Assembly (NCBI GenBank): GCA_965206745.1
Contig: OZ242220.1
Span: forward strand, 1,280,001-1,344,000
Direction: 5' to 3'
Source: Nitrosopumilus sp.
Lineage (GTDB): Archaea; Thermoproteota; Nitrososphaeria; Nitrososphaerales; Nitrosopumilaceae
Length of the DNA: 64,000 bases
The translations under genes were made by a program, and so were the position numbers. Shown piece after piece: positions 38,374 through 47,435 of this stretch. Within the stretch, counting starts at the first letter, position 1; every line of letters starts with the position of its first letter. The notes under the pieces are model-generated. The model saw only the letters and a list, made by a program, of their open reading frames with translations, was not told the origin of the DNA and ran no database searches.

Positions 38374-38799
38374 CTAATTCTTTGGAATCAGGGCATCCCG
38401 AATTATCTCAAGGGCTTCTTGAGCTTTTTCTGGACGCGGCAACTGAACCATAAACACGTTGTCCTTTCCGTAATTGGATTTTGGTGATGAGATGGCAAAC
38501 ATGGATGTCCTTGCCAGAGCCTCAAAAAATGCAAGATGGGTCTTTGCATTGATCAGGAATTTCTCCACAATGGCACCTCTTGAAAAAGTCAGCGCCATTT
38601 CAACAAAGGCATTGCCCAGTCCGTCCTGCAAAATATTCAAATCGGTGTTGATGGACAGAGGCTGTCCTGCCACCTTTGATAGCATCTGGTCATACTTTTT
38701 TCCGTCCAGCTCAATGCATGGAGTCTCTTTTCCATCAAAATCAAAAGTGGTTATTCCGCTGTGCACCTGATCTAGAAATCGTTTCAGTTCATCAGACAT
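38374..38799 (-). CDS. Hypothetical protein
   Basis: Overlaps antiporter stop; normal composition. Confidence 0.75.
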   Translation of the reverse strand: MSDELKRFLDQVHSGITTFDFDGKETPCIELDGKKYDQMLSKVAGQPLSINTDLNILQDGLGNAFVEMALTFSRGAIVEKFLINAKTHLAFFEALARTSMFAISSPKSNYGKDNVFMVQLPRPEKAQEALEIIRDALIPKN

Positions 38800-40120
38800 C
38801 ATCACGTTTTTCCAAAGCAGGAATTATTTTGTCACCGGTTTTTACTAAAAATGGAGAGATAAATGCAGTAATAATGGAGATGATACCAACCAACGGGAAC
38901 AGGAATGCGCTGACTGCGCCTATATCCACACCGACTTTGACAATAACAATCGAGAATTCACCTCGGGGAGCTGCCAGTGTAAAGGCGTTACGCAGTGCCA
39001 GTCCACGCTTCTGTCTGAAGATCAGATTTCCCACCATGTTGCCCCCAAACTTCATTCCTGTTGCAACAGCAATCAGAGCAATGGCCACAAAGATGTAATT
39101 CTCAAGTTGCGAGACGTCCATCAGTGCCCCAACAGAGATAAAGAAGATCGCCACAAACATGTCCTTGATTGGGCTTGAAAGTAATTTTGCGACTTCGGCA
39201 GACTTTGATTCTGCAACCAAGACCCCCGCCAAAAATGCGCCAATTGCCACAGATAGTCCCACAAGATTTGCAAACAAGGCATATCCAAAGCAGACACCAA
39301 GGACACTGAGAAGCAAGATCTCACGGTGTTCTGCTGCTGCAACTCTGTCAATGAGGGGCGGAATTACGCGAGTTCCAACGGTAAATGTGCCCACAATCAG
39401 ACCAGTTGCAACCAACACGACTACAAAGATGGCCTCTATTGATACGGTTCCGACTAAAGCAATGGACTGCAAGGAAGAGATCAAAATGACAGCTATCACA
39501 TCCTCTACAATCAAAATGCCAAGAACCATGATTGATGATTCCTTTTTGATTTTGCCCATATCCTCTAATAATTTTACAATAATTGCAGTACTAGAGACAG
39601 ACAGTGCTGCAGCTATAAACAGTGCATCCATGAACTCCAGGCCTAGTGCGGTGGCAGTATAAAACAGCACGCCCAATGTCAAAAACAGTCCCACGGTTCC
39701 AACGCCAATAGCAACTCTGCCAATACTCTTGATCTTTGCGTACGGGAATTCTATACCAATTACAAACAAAAGCAAGATGACGCCGATTTCTGCAAAAAGG
39801 TTCAAAGCAGAGATATCAGATAAAATTCCAACGCCTTCCAAACCACCAGTGGACAGTCCACCCTCAGGTAAAACCCAAGACCAAAAGGGGGACAGTGGTC
39901 CTATTAGCATTCCAGCAAAAAGATAGCCAATGATTAGCGGTTGCTTGATTTTGAAGAAGGCAAGAGTCACAACTGCCCCGATGATCATGATAAATGCCAA
40001 ATCGGTGACAAAGCTTGTATGTGGCAGTTCGGGAGTCAGCTGCTCAACTAAACTTATGACGGTGTTGTTAAGGGAGTTTTGAATTCCACTTGAATCTAGT
40101 TGAAGTGGAATATTGTGCAT
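38792..40120 (-). CDS. Cation:proton antiporter (CPA2/Kef family)
   Basis: EIGVILLLFVIGIE, SSTAIIVK, LIVED, GAFLAG, RGEFS. Confidence 0.93.
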   Translation of the reverse strand: MHNIPLQLDSSGIQNSLNNTVISLVEQLTPELPHTSFVTDLAFIMIIGAVVTLAFFKIKQPLIIGYLFAGMLIGPLSPFWSWVLPEGGLSTGGLEGVGILSDISALNLFAEIGVILLLFVIGIEFPYAKIKSIGRVAIGVGTVGLFLTLGVLFYTATALGLEFMDALFIAAALSVSSTAIIVKLLEDMGKIKKESSIMVLGILIVEDVIAVILISSLQSIALVGTVSIEAIFVVVLVATGLIVGTFTVGTRVIPPLIDRVAAAEHREILLLSVLGVCFGYALFANLVGLSVAIGAFLAGVLVAESKSAEVAKLLSSPIKDMFVAIFFISVGALMDVSQLENYIFVAIALIAVATGMKFGGNMVGNLIFRQKRGLALRNAFTLAAPRGEFSIVIVKVGVDIGAVSAFLFPLVGIISIITAFISPFLVKTGDKIIPALEKRDDV

Positions 40121-40229
40121 GTTATCTGTTAGTAAATTTGTTTAAAAATGATTACGGATTGCAATAGTGTCGCTTATGAGTAGTCTTTGTCATGATATGC
40201 CCAATATGCTCAAAAAACACCACGACATC

Positions 40230-40510
40230 CAGCATCTTATGACGGATTCTCAGGATTTGCTTGCGATTTACTGGCACGTCAGAATGACGTGTCAGTGGCA
40301 GCTGCCATTTGTCTGGCATCACATACAGAGATCCATGTTTCTACAACTTCTTTTAAAAGCATCCAGGGCTCAGATCTGCTTGCCTGTGTCTCTTTAGACT
40401 ATCAATCTACTTTTGTGTCAACGTGCATGCGATCTCTTTTTGCAGCATGGGGGACGACAGCAGTTCTTCCACCGAATTTGGCCTTTCCTAATTGAGGCTA
40501 TGCCATGGTG
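40230..40510 (-). pseudogene. Possible eroded IS1595-like transposase remnant
   Basis: Broken frames give QIRWKNCCRPPCCKKR, then PWMLL..WISV..AAATDTSF. Confidence 0.3.
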
Positions 40511-40578
40511 ACCAGTCAATGTTTCACAATTCTTTTTAATACCAAACACATAGAGTTTGTTGAGTGTGATCATACTAA

Positions 40579-40860
40579 ATGACCAGCGAGGCAAGAAAAA
40601 AATACAATGTGGAATACTATAAGAGAAACAAAGAGAGGATACAAAAGTACCAGCGAGAGTATAATCAGAAAAACAAAGTGAGAGGGGCAAAAAATAACAA
40701 AGCATACGTTAAGAAACATAAGGAGAGGATACTAGAGTACCAGCGAGAATACCATCGGGAGTACAGAGAGAAGCACAAAGAGAGGTTGACAAAGTATAGG
40801 AAAGAATACTATCGCAAGTACTGGATAAAAAACAAAAAAAAGTTACAGCGTAAACGTTAG
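40579..40860 (+). CDS. Lys/Arg/Tyr-rich repetitive small protein
   Basis: Repeated Y..K(N/H)KERI..YQREY units. Confidence 0.65.
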   Translation: MTSEARKKYNVEYYKRNKERIQKYQREYNQKNKVRGAKNNKAYVKKHKERILEYQREYHREYREKHKERLTKYRKEYYRKYWIKNKKKLQRKR

Positions 40861-41294
40861 GTCCAAACCGGAATTGTACTCCCAAGGAATCTTTTATCCA
40901 AGGGCAGAAACAGGCAACAGAGTCAAGGGCAGAACAGTTGGGCAATTCCTCATCAGATCATTTAAGATGCCGGCATTGCCTACTTGGGTTTTTTTCGCCT
41001 CCAATTCCTTTTTGAATCGGTCTATGGGATCAGCACCGATGCAGGTACGACTGCATCTGCAAAGTTTGTCATTATAATCTCAATTCATGGCCACGCATGA
41101 GCAAACTATTTTGTAAACTTGCCTTTTTGATTTAATTTGGCTAGATTGGGAAACGGGGGACAGTGCAGTAGTCATGCAACAAAGCACACATGTCATGGTT
41201 TTGCTATGGCGTGTTGAAAGTAATTCATCATCGCAGGCATTCCCATCTGCCTTGAGAATCTTTAACTCTTTATGCCCAACCATTATAATTGATA

Positions 41295-41359
41295 TGCAGA
41301 GTGATGATTAGGTCCTGCTGAATTAGATGAGGAGACACGACCTGGGGTATCTGACTGCA
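41295..41359 (+). ncRNA. C/D-box guide sRNA
   Basis: Stem TGCAG/CTGCA; box C GTGATGA 41301, D' CTGA 41318, C' ATGAGGA 41327, D CTGA 41351. Confidence 0.8.
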
Positions 41360-41391
41360 CAATTGGTTACTTTGTAATCACCTTGTCATTA

Positions 41392-41416
41392 ATAGTACGG
41401 TACCATACCGTACTAT
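41392..41416. promoter_or_regulatory. Perfect 11-3-11 inverted repeat abutting a start codon
   Basis: ATAGTACGGTA-CCA-TACCGTACTAT. Confidence 0.75.
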
Positions 41417-41524
41417 ATGATACAATGCGAATACTGTCCGAAAGGATTTATCGAAACAGCAAATGGGTTGGCCGAAAAGACATTCCATGAATTGCTTCAC
41501 GAGCCAGAAGTTGTAAACAAGTAA
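41417..41524 (+). CDS. 35-aa C2H2-like micro-protein (not in ORF track)
   Basis: MIQCEYCPKGFIETANGLAEKTFHELLHEPEVVNK; T-rich terminator follows. Confidence 0.75.
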   Translation: MIQCEYCPKGFIETANGLAEKTFHELLHEPEVVNK

Positions 41525-41586
41525 ACCCTTTACATTTTTTATTTTACAACCCAACTTTTTTATCTTTAAATCTCAAGTGATACTAT

Positions 41587-43092
41587 ATGGCCGTCAAAAC
41601 CACAAGGAAAAAAACTGCCAGCAAGCCAAAAAAAGAACCAAGTCCGGCAGCACTACTAAAAAAAGTGGCATCGGTTTCAGATTCAAACAAGACACTGCAA
41701 AAGGAGATCAAGATCATGTCAAAGATATTTGGCGAGAATCAAAAAGTGTTAATTTCCATGAAAGGGATGATCGACACGCTGACTTCCACATTAGAACATA
41801 TTCAAAAGCAATCAAAGCAGATCAACATCATAGAGGATGATACTCAAAAACTGTACGCAGGGTTAAACCAAGTCAGATCACAGTCAGATCTGATCAGTAA
41901 AATCAACGGTCAGACATCCCAATTAGAAAAAGAGATCAACAGGGTCTCAGAGCTGCAAAAAGCGTCAAAATCACAAGAACTCTCACAGAATGTTGAGGAC
42001 AGCATGAATTCAATTAAAAACAACTCCCAGATGATCATCAAAATTGCTCAAAGAATAGACGAGGTCAGAGATGACCTAAGAAAGGTATCAGGAAAGACAG
42101 ATTCGTTCTCAGAGATCGGCTCTGAGATAGACAATCTGAGAGATACGATTAACGAAATCTCAGTAAAAACAGCAACATTAGATACGAGTTCTCAAATCAT
42201 CGAAAGTCTCAAAGATGAGCTTGGAAGGATTTCCCAAGGAGTCGCATCTACTTCAAATCTCAATGCGGAGCTAGATGCCATCAAAATCACAATTGATGCA
42301 ATTTCATCCAAGGCATCAAGAATTGACTCGCTTGGAGGAGTCATCGACGGCCTCAAGGAGCAGTTTGAGACGATATCAGCAAAAGCAAACTCTGTAGATA
42401 ATTTGGGCCTAGAATCCATCAAGGATCTTGGAGGCAAAATAGACAAGATCGAGGCTGAGATTGGGGCATTGGCACAGAGGGCAGATTCCACAGCATTTGT
42501 AGGAGAAGGGCTAAAATCAGTTCAGGAAGAAGTTTCCAGATTTAAGGAAAATATCTCTGATAAAACAGACAGTATAGAGCAGAAAATATCATCAGTCTCA
42601 GAGACACTAAAAAGACAGGACGAGTCTGCAATAGAATTTCATAGGAAATCCGAAAAGATCTTTGAGGAATTACAATCAGTCAAGCAGACTGCAAGCAAGG
42701 CATCTAATGATTCATCTAAGGAGATGATTGCATTGTTAAAACTTTCAGAATACCAATCAAAGATCAGAATGCATGCAGAATCAAAATACGGCGTGGTAAA
42801 GGATATAGAAAAGATGGCAGCGCAGACAGCAGACATCGTAAACCTATTTGACAGGATTTCCATAGAGTTGGGGGAAAAGATTCCGCTGCCCCACGAAGTC
42901 AGGCAGTGGGCAGTAGGCAAGATATTGGACTGCGCAGACAAATGGGAGTTGCGGTTTGGCGACGTTTACTCAATTTTGACAAATGCAATTGGCAGAGACA
43001 TGCTAAAAGAGGCAATCAGGATACAGCAGGTAAGAGACATTTATGGAATCAGGGCAGTAGATGAACTCAGAAAAGATCTAAACATATCCTGA
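41587..43092 (+). CDS. Long coiled-coil protein with basic N-terminal tail
   Basis: About 350 aa of heptads, small C-terminal globular domain; no Walker motifs or TM seen. Confidence 0.85.
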   Translation: MAVKTTRKKTASKPKKEPSPAALLKKVASVSDSNKTLQKEIKIMSKIFGENQKVLISMKGMIDTLTSTLEHIQKQSKQINIIEDDTQKLYAGLNQVRSQSDLISKINGQTSQLEKEINRVSELQKASKSQELSQNVEDSMNSIKNNSQMIIKIAQRIDEVRDDLRKVSGKTDSFSEIGSEIDNLRDTINEISVKTATLDTSSQIIESLKDELGRISQGVASTSNLNAELDAIKITIDAISSKASRIDSLGGVIDGLKEQFETISAKANSVDNLGLESIKDLGGKIDKIEAEIGALAQRADSTAFVGEGLKSVQEEVSRFKENISDKTDSIEQKISSVSETLKRQDESAIEFHRKSEKIFEELQSVKQTASKASNDSSKEMIALLKLSEYQSKIRMHAESKYGVVKDIEKMAAQTADIVNLFDRISIELGEKIPLPHEVRQWAVGKILDCADKWELRFGDVYSILTNAIGRDMLKEAIRIQQVRDIYGIRAVDELRKDLNIS

Positions 43093-45153
43093 TCATTTCT
43101 CATCTGTCTCGGTGAGCTGTTCCTTCTTTCTCTTTAGTGCGGCAAAGATTCCAATGATGGCCGCAATCCAGACTCCACTGAATATCATATTTGCCGGACT
43201 GACATACATGTATGGGGTCGCATCCATGATGTTGATCTTCAACAATGACGCATTTTGCTTGATATCAAGCATGCCGGTATGATATGCAGAGTTGTCTTTA
43301 GGGATATCTGATATTTCGTTGAGGCCTATAAACAACGTGTCCAGGTTGTTTTGAATTCTAACAAAGTTTGTAGACTCTGTTCCAAATATCCAAACAGGGT
43401 TTCTCGAGATAATTTCGCCCTCAGAATCTAACGTCTTAGGCAAATTTACTATCACGGCATTCAAGTCTACCTGTATTGCATCCAAATGATTGCGAATGGT
43501 TTGAGGATCTGAGGAAGATACAACCCCATCAAGATTTCCCCGAATTCTATCTAGTGGGTAGATATCAGAGTTATATCCAGCAAATGCCATGTATACCCCA
43601 AAAATAATAAGTCCAAGTATCCCAATTATGGAAAGTTTGTAAACAGTGTTTGCCATCTTCTCTTTCTTAGTCCTTGGTCGATTAACACTTGATTTATTTC
43701 TTTTAAATCTAGTATGGGACAGACTCAGGTACGCAATAAAGAAAAAGCCGATGGTCTGAAGGGCAATGATTGGTACAAAGACGGGATTGTTTGAAAAGAT
43801 TGCAATAAAGATTCCCATAATTCCATAGATTCCAAAAAATATTTCCAAGAGAGTGGTTTGTGTAAATGGCAAGTTGTACGCCTTGTCCCTCCAATCGTCT
43901 TGTTTTGTTATAATTCCATATTTTGGAGTCCGATGAAACTCGTTCTTCTTGCCGAGTACCGCATCAAATACTGCCACAGTGTTGTTGACAGACATGCCAG
44001 CATTGTAGACAAGCAGTGCAGGAAGTAATTTCGCTTTGGATTTCCAGGACTTTGCATACATTCCCTGAATTACAATAATATACGCCCCAGGCCCCATTGC
44101 AAGATATGTCGCAATAGTCAATGCAGGCAGAACGCTTATGACATAGAGATTCATTTGCGCCGCTAGCAATACAGGCAATGACAAAAACTGTATCAGTACC
44201 AGAGGATAAACTATATGACGAGTGAGTTGAATGAATGCCTGAATCTTGGCTTCAATGGCAACACGGCGTTTTAGGGCGACATCTGAGAGCAATTTTATCG
44301 CGCATTGAATTGATCCCTTTGCCCAACGAAACTGCTGCCTTTTGGCACCATTCATCTGTGCGGGCAATTCTGCATCCACTACGATGTCAGGCAGAAACAA
44401 GCACTTCCAGCCTTTCATTTGTGCCCTATAGCTCAAATCAAGATCTTCGACGAGTGTTGCAGTGTGCCAGCCTCCGGCATCCTCAATGCACTCACGTCTC
44501 CAGATTCCAGCAGTCCCGTTAAAGTTCATAAAGAGATGCGAGTTGCTTTTTGCTTTTTGTTCTACGAGAAAATGAAAATCGATGCTGAGTGCTTGCACTT
44601 GGGTTATCGTGGAATAGTTTTCATTGAGGTGGCCCCACCTGCATTGGAGCAGACCGATGTTTGATGTTGCAAAATGAGGGATTGTTTTTTTGAGAAACCA
44701 GGAAGGGGGGATAAAGTCAGCATCAAAGATTGCAACCAAGTCAGTGTCAGTCGTTTTCATGGCATACTTCAAAGCACCAGCCTTGTACCCGCTCCTTGTT
44801 CCACGCCGCACGTGTTCGATTTGAAACCCTTGCTTTTTGTAGTCGTCGACGACATCCTCAAGCAGTTTAACTGTCTCATCATCAGAGTCATCACAGACCA
44901 TTATTCTCATTTTGTCTTTTGGGTAATCCATGTGACAAACTGCATCAACTAGCCGTTTTGCCACGTATCTTTCATTGTATATTGGCAATTGGATGGTGAC
45001 AGTCGGGATTCCCCAGTCAACGATGCGGTACGACTCTTTTCTCGTTCTTGAAAGTAGTGCAAGGTAGTAGAAATTAACCGTGTAAGCCGTGATGATTATC
45101 GCAGATATGATAAACAGATCAAAGACAAATAAAGTAAAAGGGTTGACAGCCAT
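43093..45153 (-). CDS. GT2 processive glycosyltransferase (cellulose-synthase-like) with C-terminal extension
   Basis: QLPIYNE, GYKAGAL, FDADF, VEDLDL, QQFRW. Confidence 0.93.
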   Translation of the reverse strand: MAVNPFTLFVFDLFIISAIIITAYTVNFYYLALLSRTRKESYRIVDWGIPTVTIQLPIYNERYVAKRLVDAVCHMDYPKDKMRIMVCDDSDDETVKLLEDVVDDYKKQGFQIEHVRRGTRSGYKAGALKYAMKTTDTDLVAIFDADFIPPSWFLKKTIPHFATSNIGLLQCRWGHLNENYSTITQVQALSIDFHFLVEQKAKSNSHLFMNFNGTAGIWRRECIEDAGGWHTATLVEDLDLSYRAQMKGWKCLFLPDIVVDAELPAQMNGAKRQQFRWAKGSIQCAIKLLSDVALKRRVAIEAKIQAFIQLTRHIVYPLVLIQFLSLPVLLAAQMNLYVISVLPALTIATYLAMGPGAYIIVIQGMYAKSWKSKAKLLPALLVYNAGMSVNNTVAVFDAVLGKKNEFHRTPKYGIITKQDDWRDKAYNLPFTQTTLLEIFFGIYGIMGIFIAIFSNNPVFVPIIALQTIGFFFIAYLSLSHTRFKRNKSSVNRPRTKKEKMANTVYKLSIIGILGLIIFGVYMAFAGYNSDIYPLDRIRGNLDGVVSSSDPQTIRNHLDAIQVDLNAVIVNLPKTLDSEGEIISRNPVWIFGTESTNFVRIQNNLDTLFIGLNEISDIPKDNSAYHTGMLDIKQNASLLKINIMDATPYMYVSPANMIFSGVWIAAIIGIFAALKRKKEQLTETDEK

Positions 45154-45207
45154 AATCCCTAGATCCACAGAAGTACTAATCGCTATTTAAAGTGCAAGGA
45201 AACAAAA

Positions 45208-46155
45208 TTATTTTTGCTCGTAGATCTTGATTGCCTGTGGAGGACAAACGCCTTCGCATGCAAGACAAAAGATGCAGTCAGGCTCTTTGGACATCAATGG
45301 CTTTTTCTCAGACCCAGGATTTCCAGGAGTGTCAAACCACTCGTAAACGCCGACAGGACAGGCTTCAAGGCATCCGCCATCGGCAATGCAGATATCATAG
45401 TCTACTGAAACAAATTCGCCCCAAACTCCCATAATGGCATTGCTTGTGCCCCTTCTTCCCCACGTTTTGATTGTGTGTTCGGGCGCATCATATGACGTTG
45501 ATGTCTTCATCTTTGATTTGTAATCAACGTCAATTGGACCCGGCTTTGAGCCGTCTGGAATTTCAAGCGGCTCCTCCTCTTCATCAGCTTGTTCATCTGT
45601 TGTCTCAACGGGTTTTGGCTTTGCACCAAGAACAATTTTTGCCAAGGGTGTCAACTCTTCTAATTTTTGGATAGCGGCAACTTCGGAGATTTTTTCCTTC
45701 TTTGCAAAATAAGAGATCATTTTGTCAGCCAAAATCGTATTTCGTAAAATTGTGTCAATGACTAGTTTGGCAAAATGATCTGCCTTTTTTCTGTAATCTT
45801 TGACCCAGTTAGGATCACCGAACTTTTCAATTGGGAAAATTTGATAAATAATATCCACTACTTCGCCGGTGACAATCTCTACTGTAACTGAGAGATCAAC
45901 CTCCCGGTATCCTTTTGCATCAGGATCATCCATGTTCTGCTCCTTCCAACGATATGTCGCATAGATCCTGTCTGCATACATGTCCATTTCAAATGCCTTT
46001 TTGAGGCCGTCATGGACAGATTTGAGCTCAGATGGCTCTTCAAGTTTAATTGGCAACCTGTAAAGTCCGAGCTTGAATCCATGCAGAGGGTAGACACCTC
46101 GCTTTGCAGTAGGTGCCTCCATTGACCATACCCGATCTTTTAGAAGTAAAGACAT
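45208..46155 (-). CDS. Dicluster ferredoxin domain fused to an unknown N-terminal domain
   Basis: CIADGGCLEACP and CIFCLACEGVCP. Confidence 0.88.
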   Translation of the reverse strand: MSLLLKDRVWSMEAPTAKRGVYPLHGFKLGLYRLPIKLEEPSELKSVHDGLKKAFEMDMYADRIYATYRWKEQNMDDPDAKGYREVDLSVTVEIVTGEVVDIIYQIFPIEKFGDPNWVKDYRKKADHFAKLVIDTILRNTILADKMISYFAKKEKISEVAAIQKLEELTPLAKIVLGAKPKPVETTDEQADEEEEPLEIPDGSKPGPIDVDYKSKMKTSTSYDAPEHTIKTWGRRGTSNAIMGVWGEFVSVDYDICIADGGCLEACPVGVYEWFDTPGNPGSEKKPLMSKEPDCIFCLACEGVCPPQAIKIYEQK

Positions 46156-46191
46156 CTGAATATTCTAACTTGATTTTATTTAAAAAGGTTA

Positions 46192-46500
46192 TCAGTCATC
46201 CTCAGGGCACGTAAGTTCCCTAAGTTCGGTGTATTTCTTGTCCATGGCTTTTGCATGAACCAGTACCTGGGACAGATCGTAGGAATCCTTTGGAAAATAC
46301 CAGCGAATGGGAACCCAGTGCCCAATTCCGTCCATATCGTGGATCATCCCCTTGTCAGATTTGACACCAATTTTTTCGTCAACAGACGTCTCCTTGACCT
46401 CAAGGCCACGTTTGGTCTTATCCTCCATTACAATATCAGATCCGGCATCCTTGATGAAGTAAAAGATGCCTTTCTCAAGTATGGGAAGGTCTAAAAGCAA
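46192..46500 (-). CDS. Hypothetical protein
   Basis: Lies between sulfurtransferase and ferredoxin on the same strand. Confidence 0.78.
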   Translation of the reverse strand: MLLDLPILEKGIFYFIKDAGSDIVMEDKTKRGLEVKETSVDEKIGVKSDKGMIHDMDGIGHWVPIRWYFPKDSYDLSQVLVHAKAMDKKYTELRELTCPEDD

Positions 46501-46501
46501 T

Positions 46502-47347
46502 TTATCTTTCCACAGGATTTCCTATCATGTTTCCCCATTCAGTCCAAGAACCATCATAGTTTCTGACCTTTGGATAGCCAAGCAGATATTTCAATACAAA
46601 CCAACTGTGCGAAGAGCGTTCCCCAATTCTGCAGTAACAGATCACGTCCTTGTCCGGCGTCACGCCCTCTGTTTCATAGTTTTGCTTTAGTTCCTCAACT
46701 GTCTTGAATGTTCCATCAGCATCATTGACTGCAGTTGCCCATGGAATGTTATTGGCATCAGGAATGTGTCCTCCTCTTTGCGCATGCTCCATTGGGTATT
46801 CAGGGGGCGCGGTAATTTTACCAGTGAACTCTGCAGGTGATCTCACATCAACTAGTACGGTGTCCTCTTTTCCCAAGGATCTGCTCACATCAAACAAATA
46901 TGCGCGCAGTCCCTCATCTGGAGGCTGTGCAGCATAGGTTGTAGAGTCTGTCTTGGGCTCATCGGTGGTATAGTCTCTGCTTTCCAATTCCCATTTTTTT
47001 CTTCCGCCATTCATAATCTTAAGATTTTCGTGGCCGTAAATTTTGAAAACCCAAAAGACAAATGCGGCAAACCAATTGTTAAAGTCGCCATAAAGAATAA
47101 CCTCAGTATCGGCAGTAATTCCGTTTTTGGCCATTAATGCCTCAAATTCCTTTTTACCAATGATGTCCCGTGTAAGTGGATCATTGATGTCCCGCTTCCA
47201 CCAGATTAAACTAGCGCCATTGATGTGGCCCTTTTGGTATCCATTTACAGGATCATAGTCAACCTCAACTAGTTTTCTGCCTTCATTGGGGGGATTTTGT
47301 GACACCCATTCGGTATCAACTAGGACTTCTGGGTGTGCGTAACTCAT
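46502..47347 (-). CDS. Thiosulfate sulfurtransferase (tandem rhodanese)
   Basis: GHIPDA, YCRIGERSS, NYDGSWTEWG; start MSYAHPEV. Confidence 0.95.
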   Translation of the reverse strand: MSYAHPEVLVDTEWVSQNPPNEGRKLVEVDYDPVNGYQKGHINGASLIWWKRDINDPLTRDIIGKKEFEALMAKNGITADTEVILYGDFNNWFAAFVFWVFKIYGHENLKIMNGGRKKWELESRDYTTDEPKTDSTTYAAQPPDEGLRAYLFDVSRSLGKEDTVLVDVRSPAEFTGKITAPPEYPMEHAQRGGHIPDANNIPWATAVNDADGTFKTVEELKQNYETEGVTPDKDVICYCRIGERSSHSWFVLKYLLGYPKVRNYDGSWTEWGNMIGNPVER

Positions 47348-47435
47348 ATGGTGTACGGGACTGTTTTCATACTTATTTGTTTTTCCAATGGATAAAAATA
47401 TCATTTTTAAGTAAACATGATTCAGAAGAACTGCC

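Noticed and set aside
38172-38453. 93-aa ORF
   Set aside because: Spans tRNA-Gly and overlaps two antisense genes
40192-40242. MICPICSKNTTTSSIL micro-ORF
   Set aside because: Only 16 aa with a single CxxC, inside a decayed region
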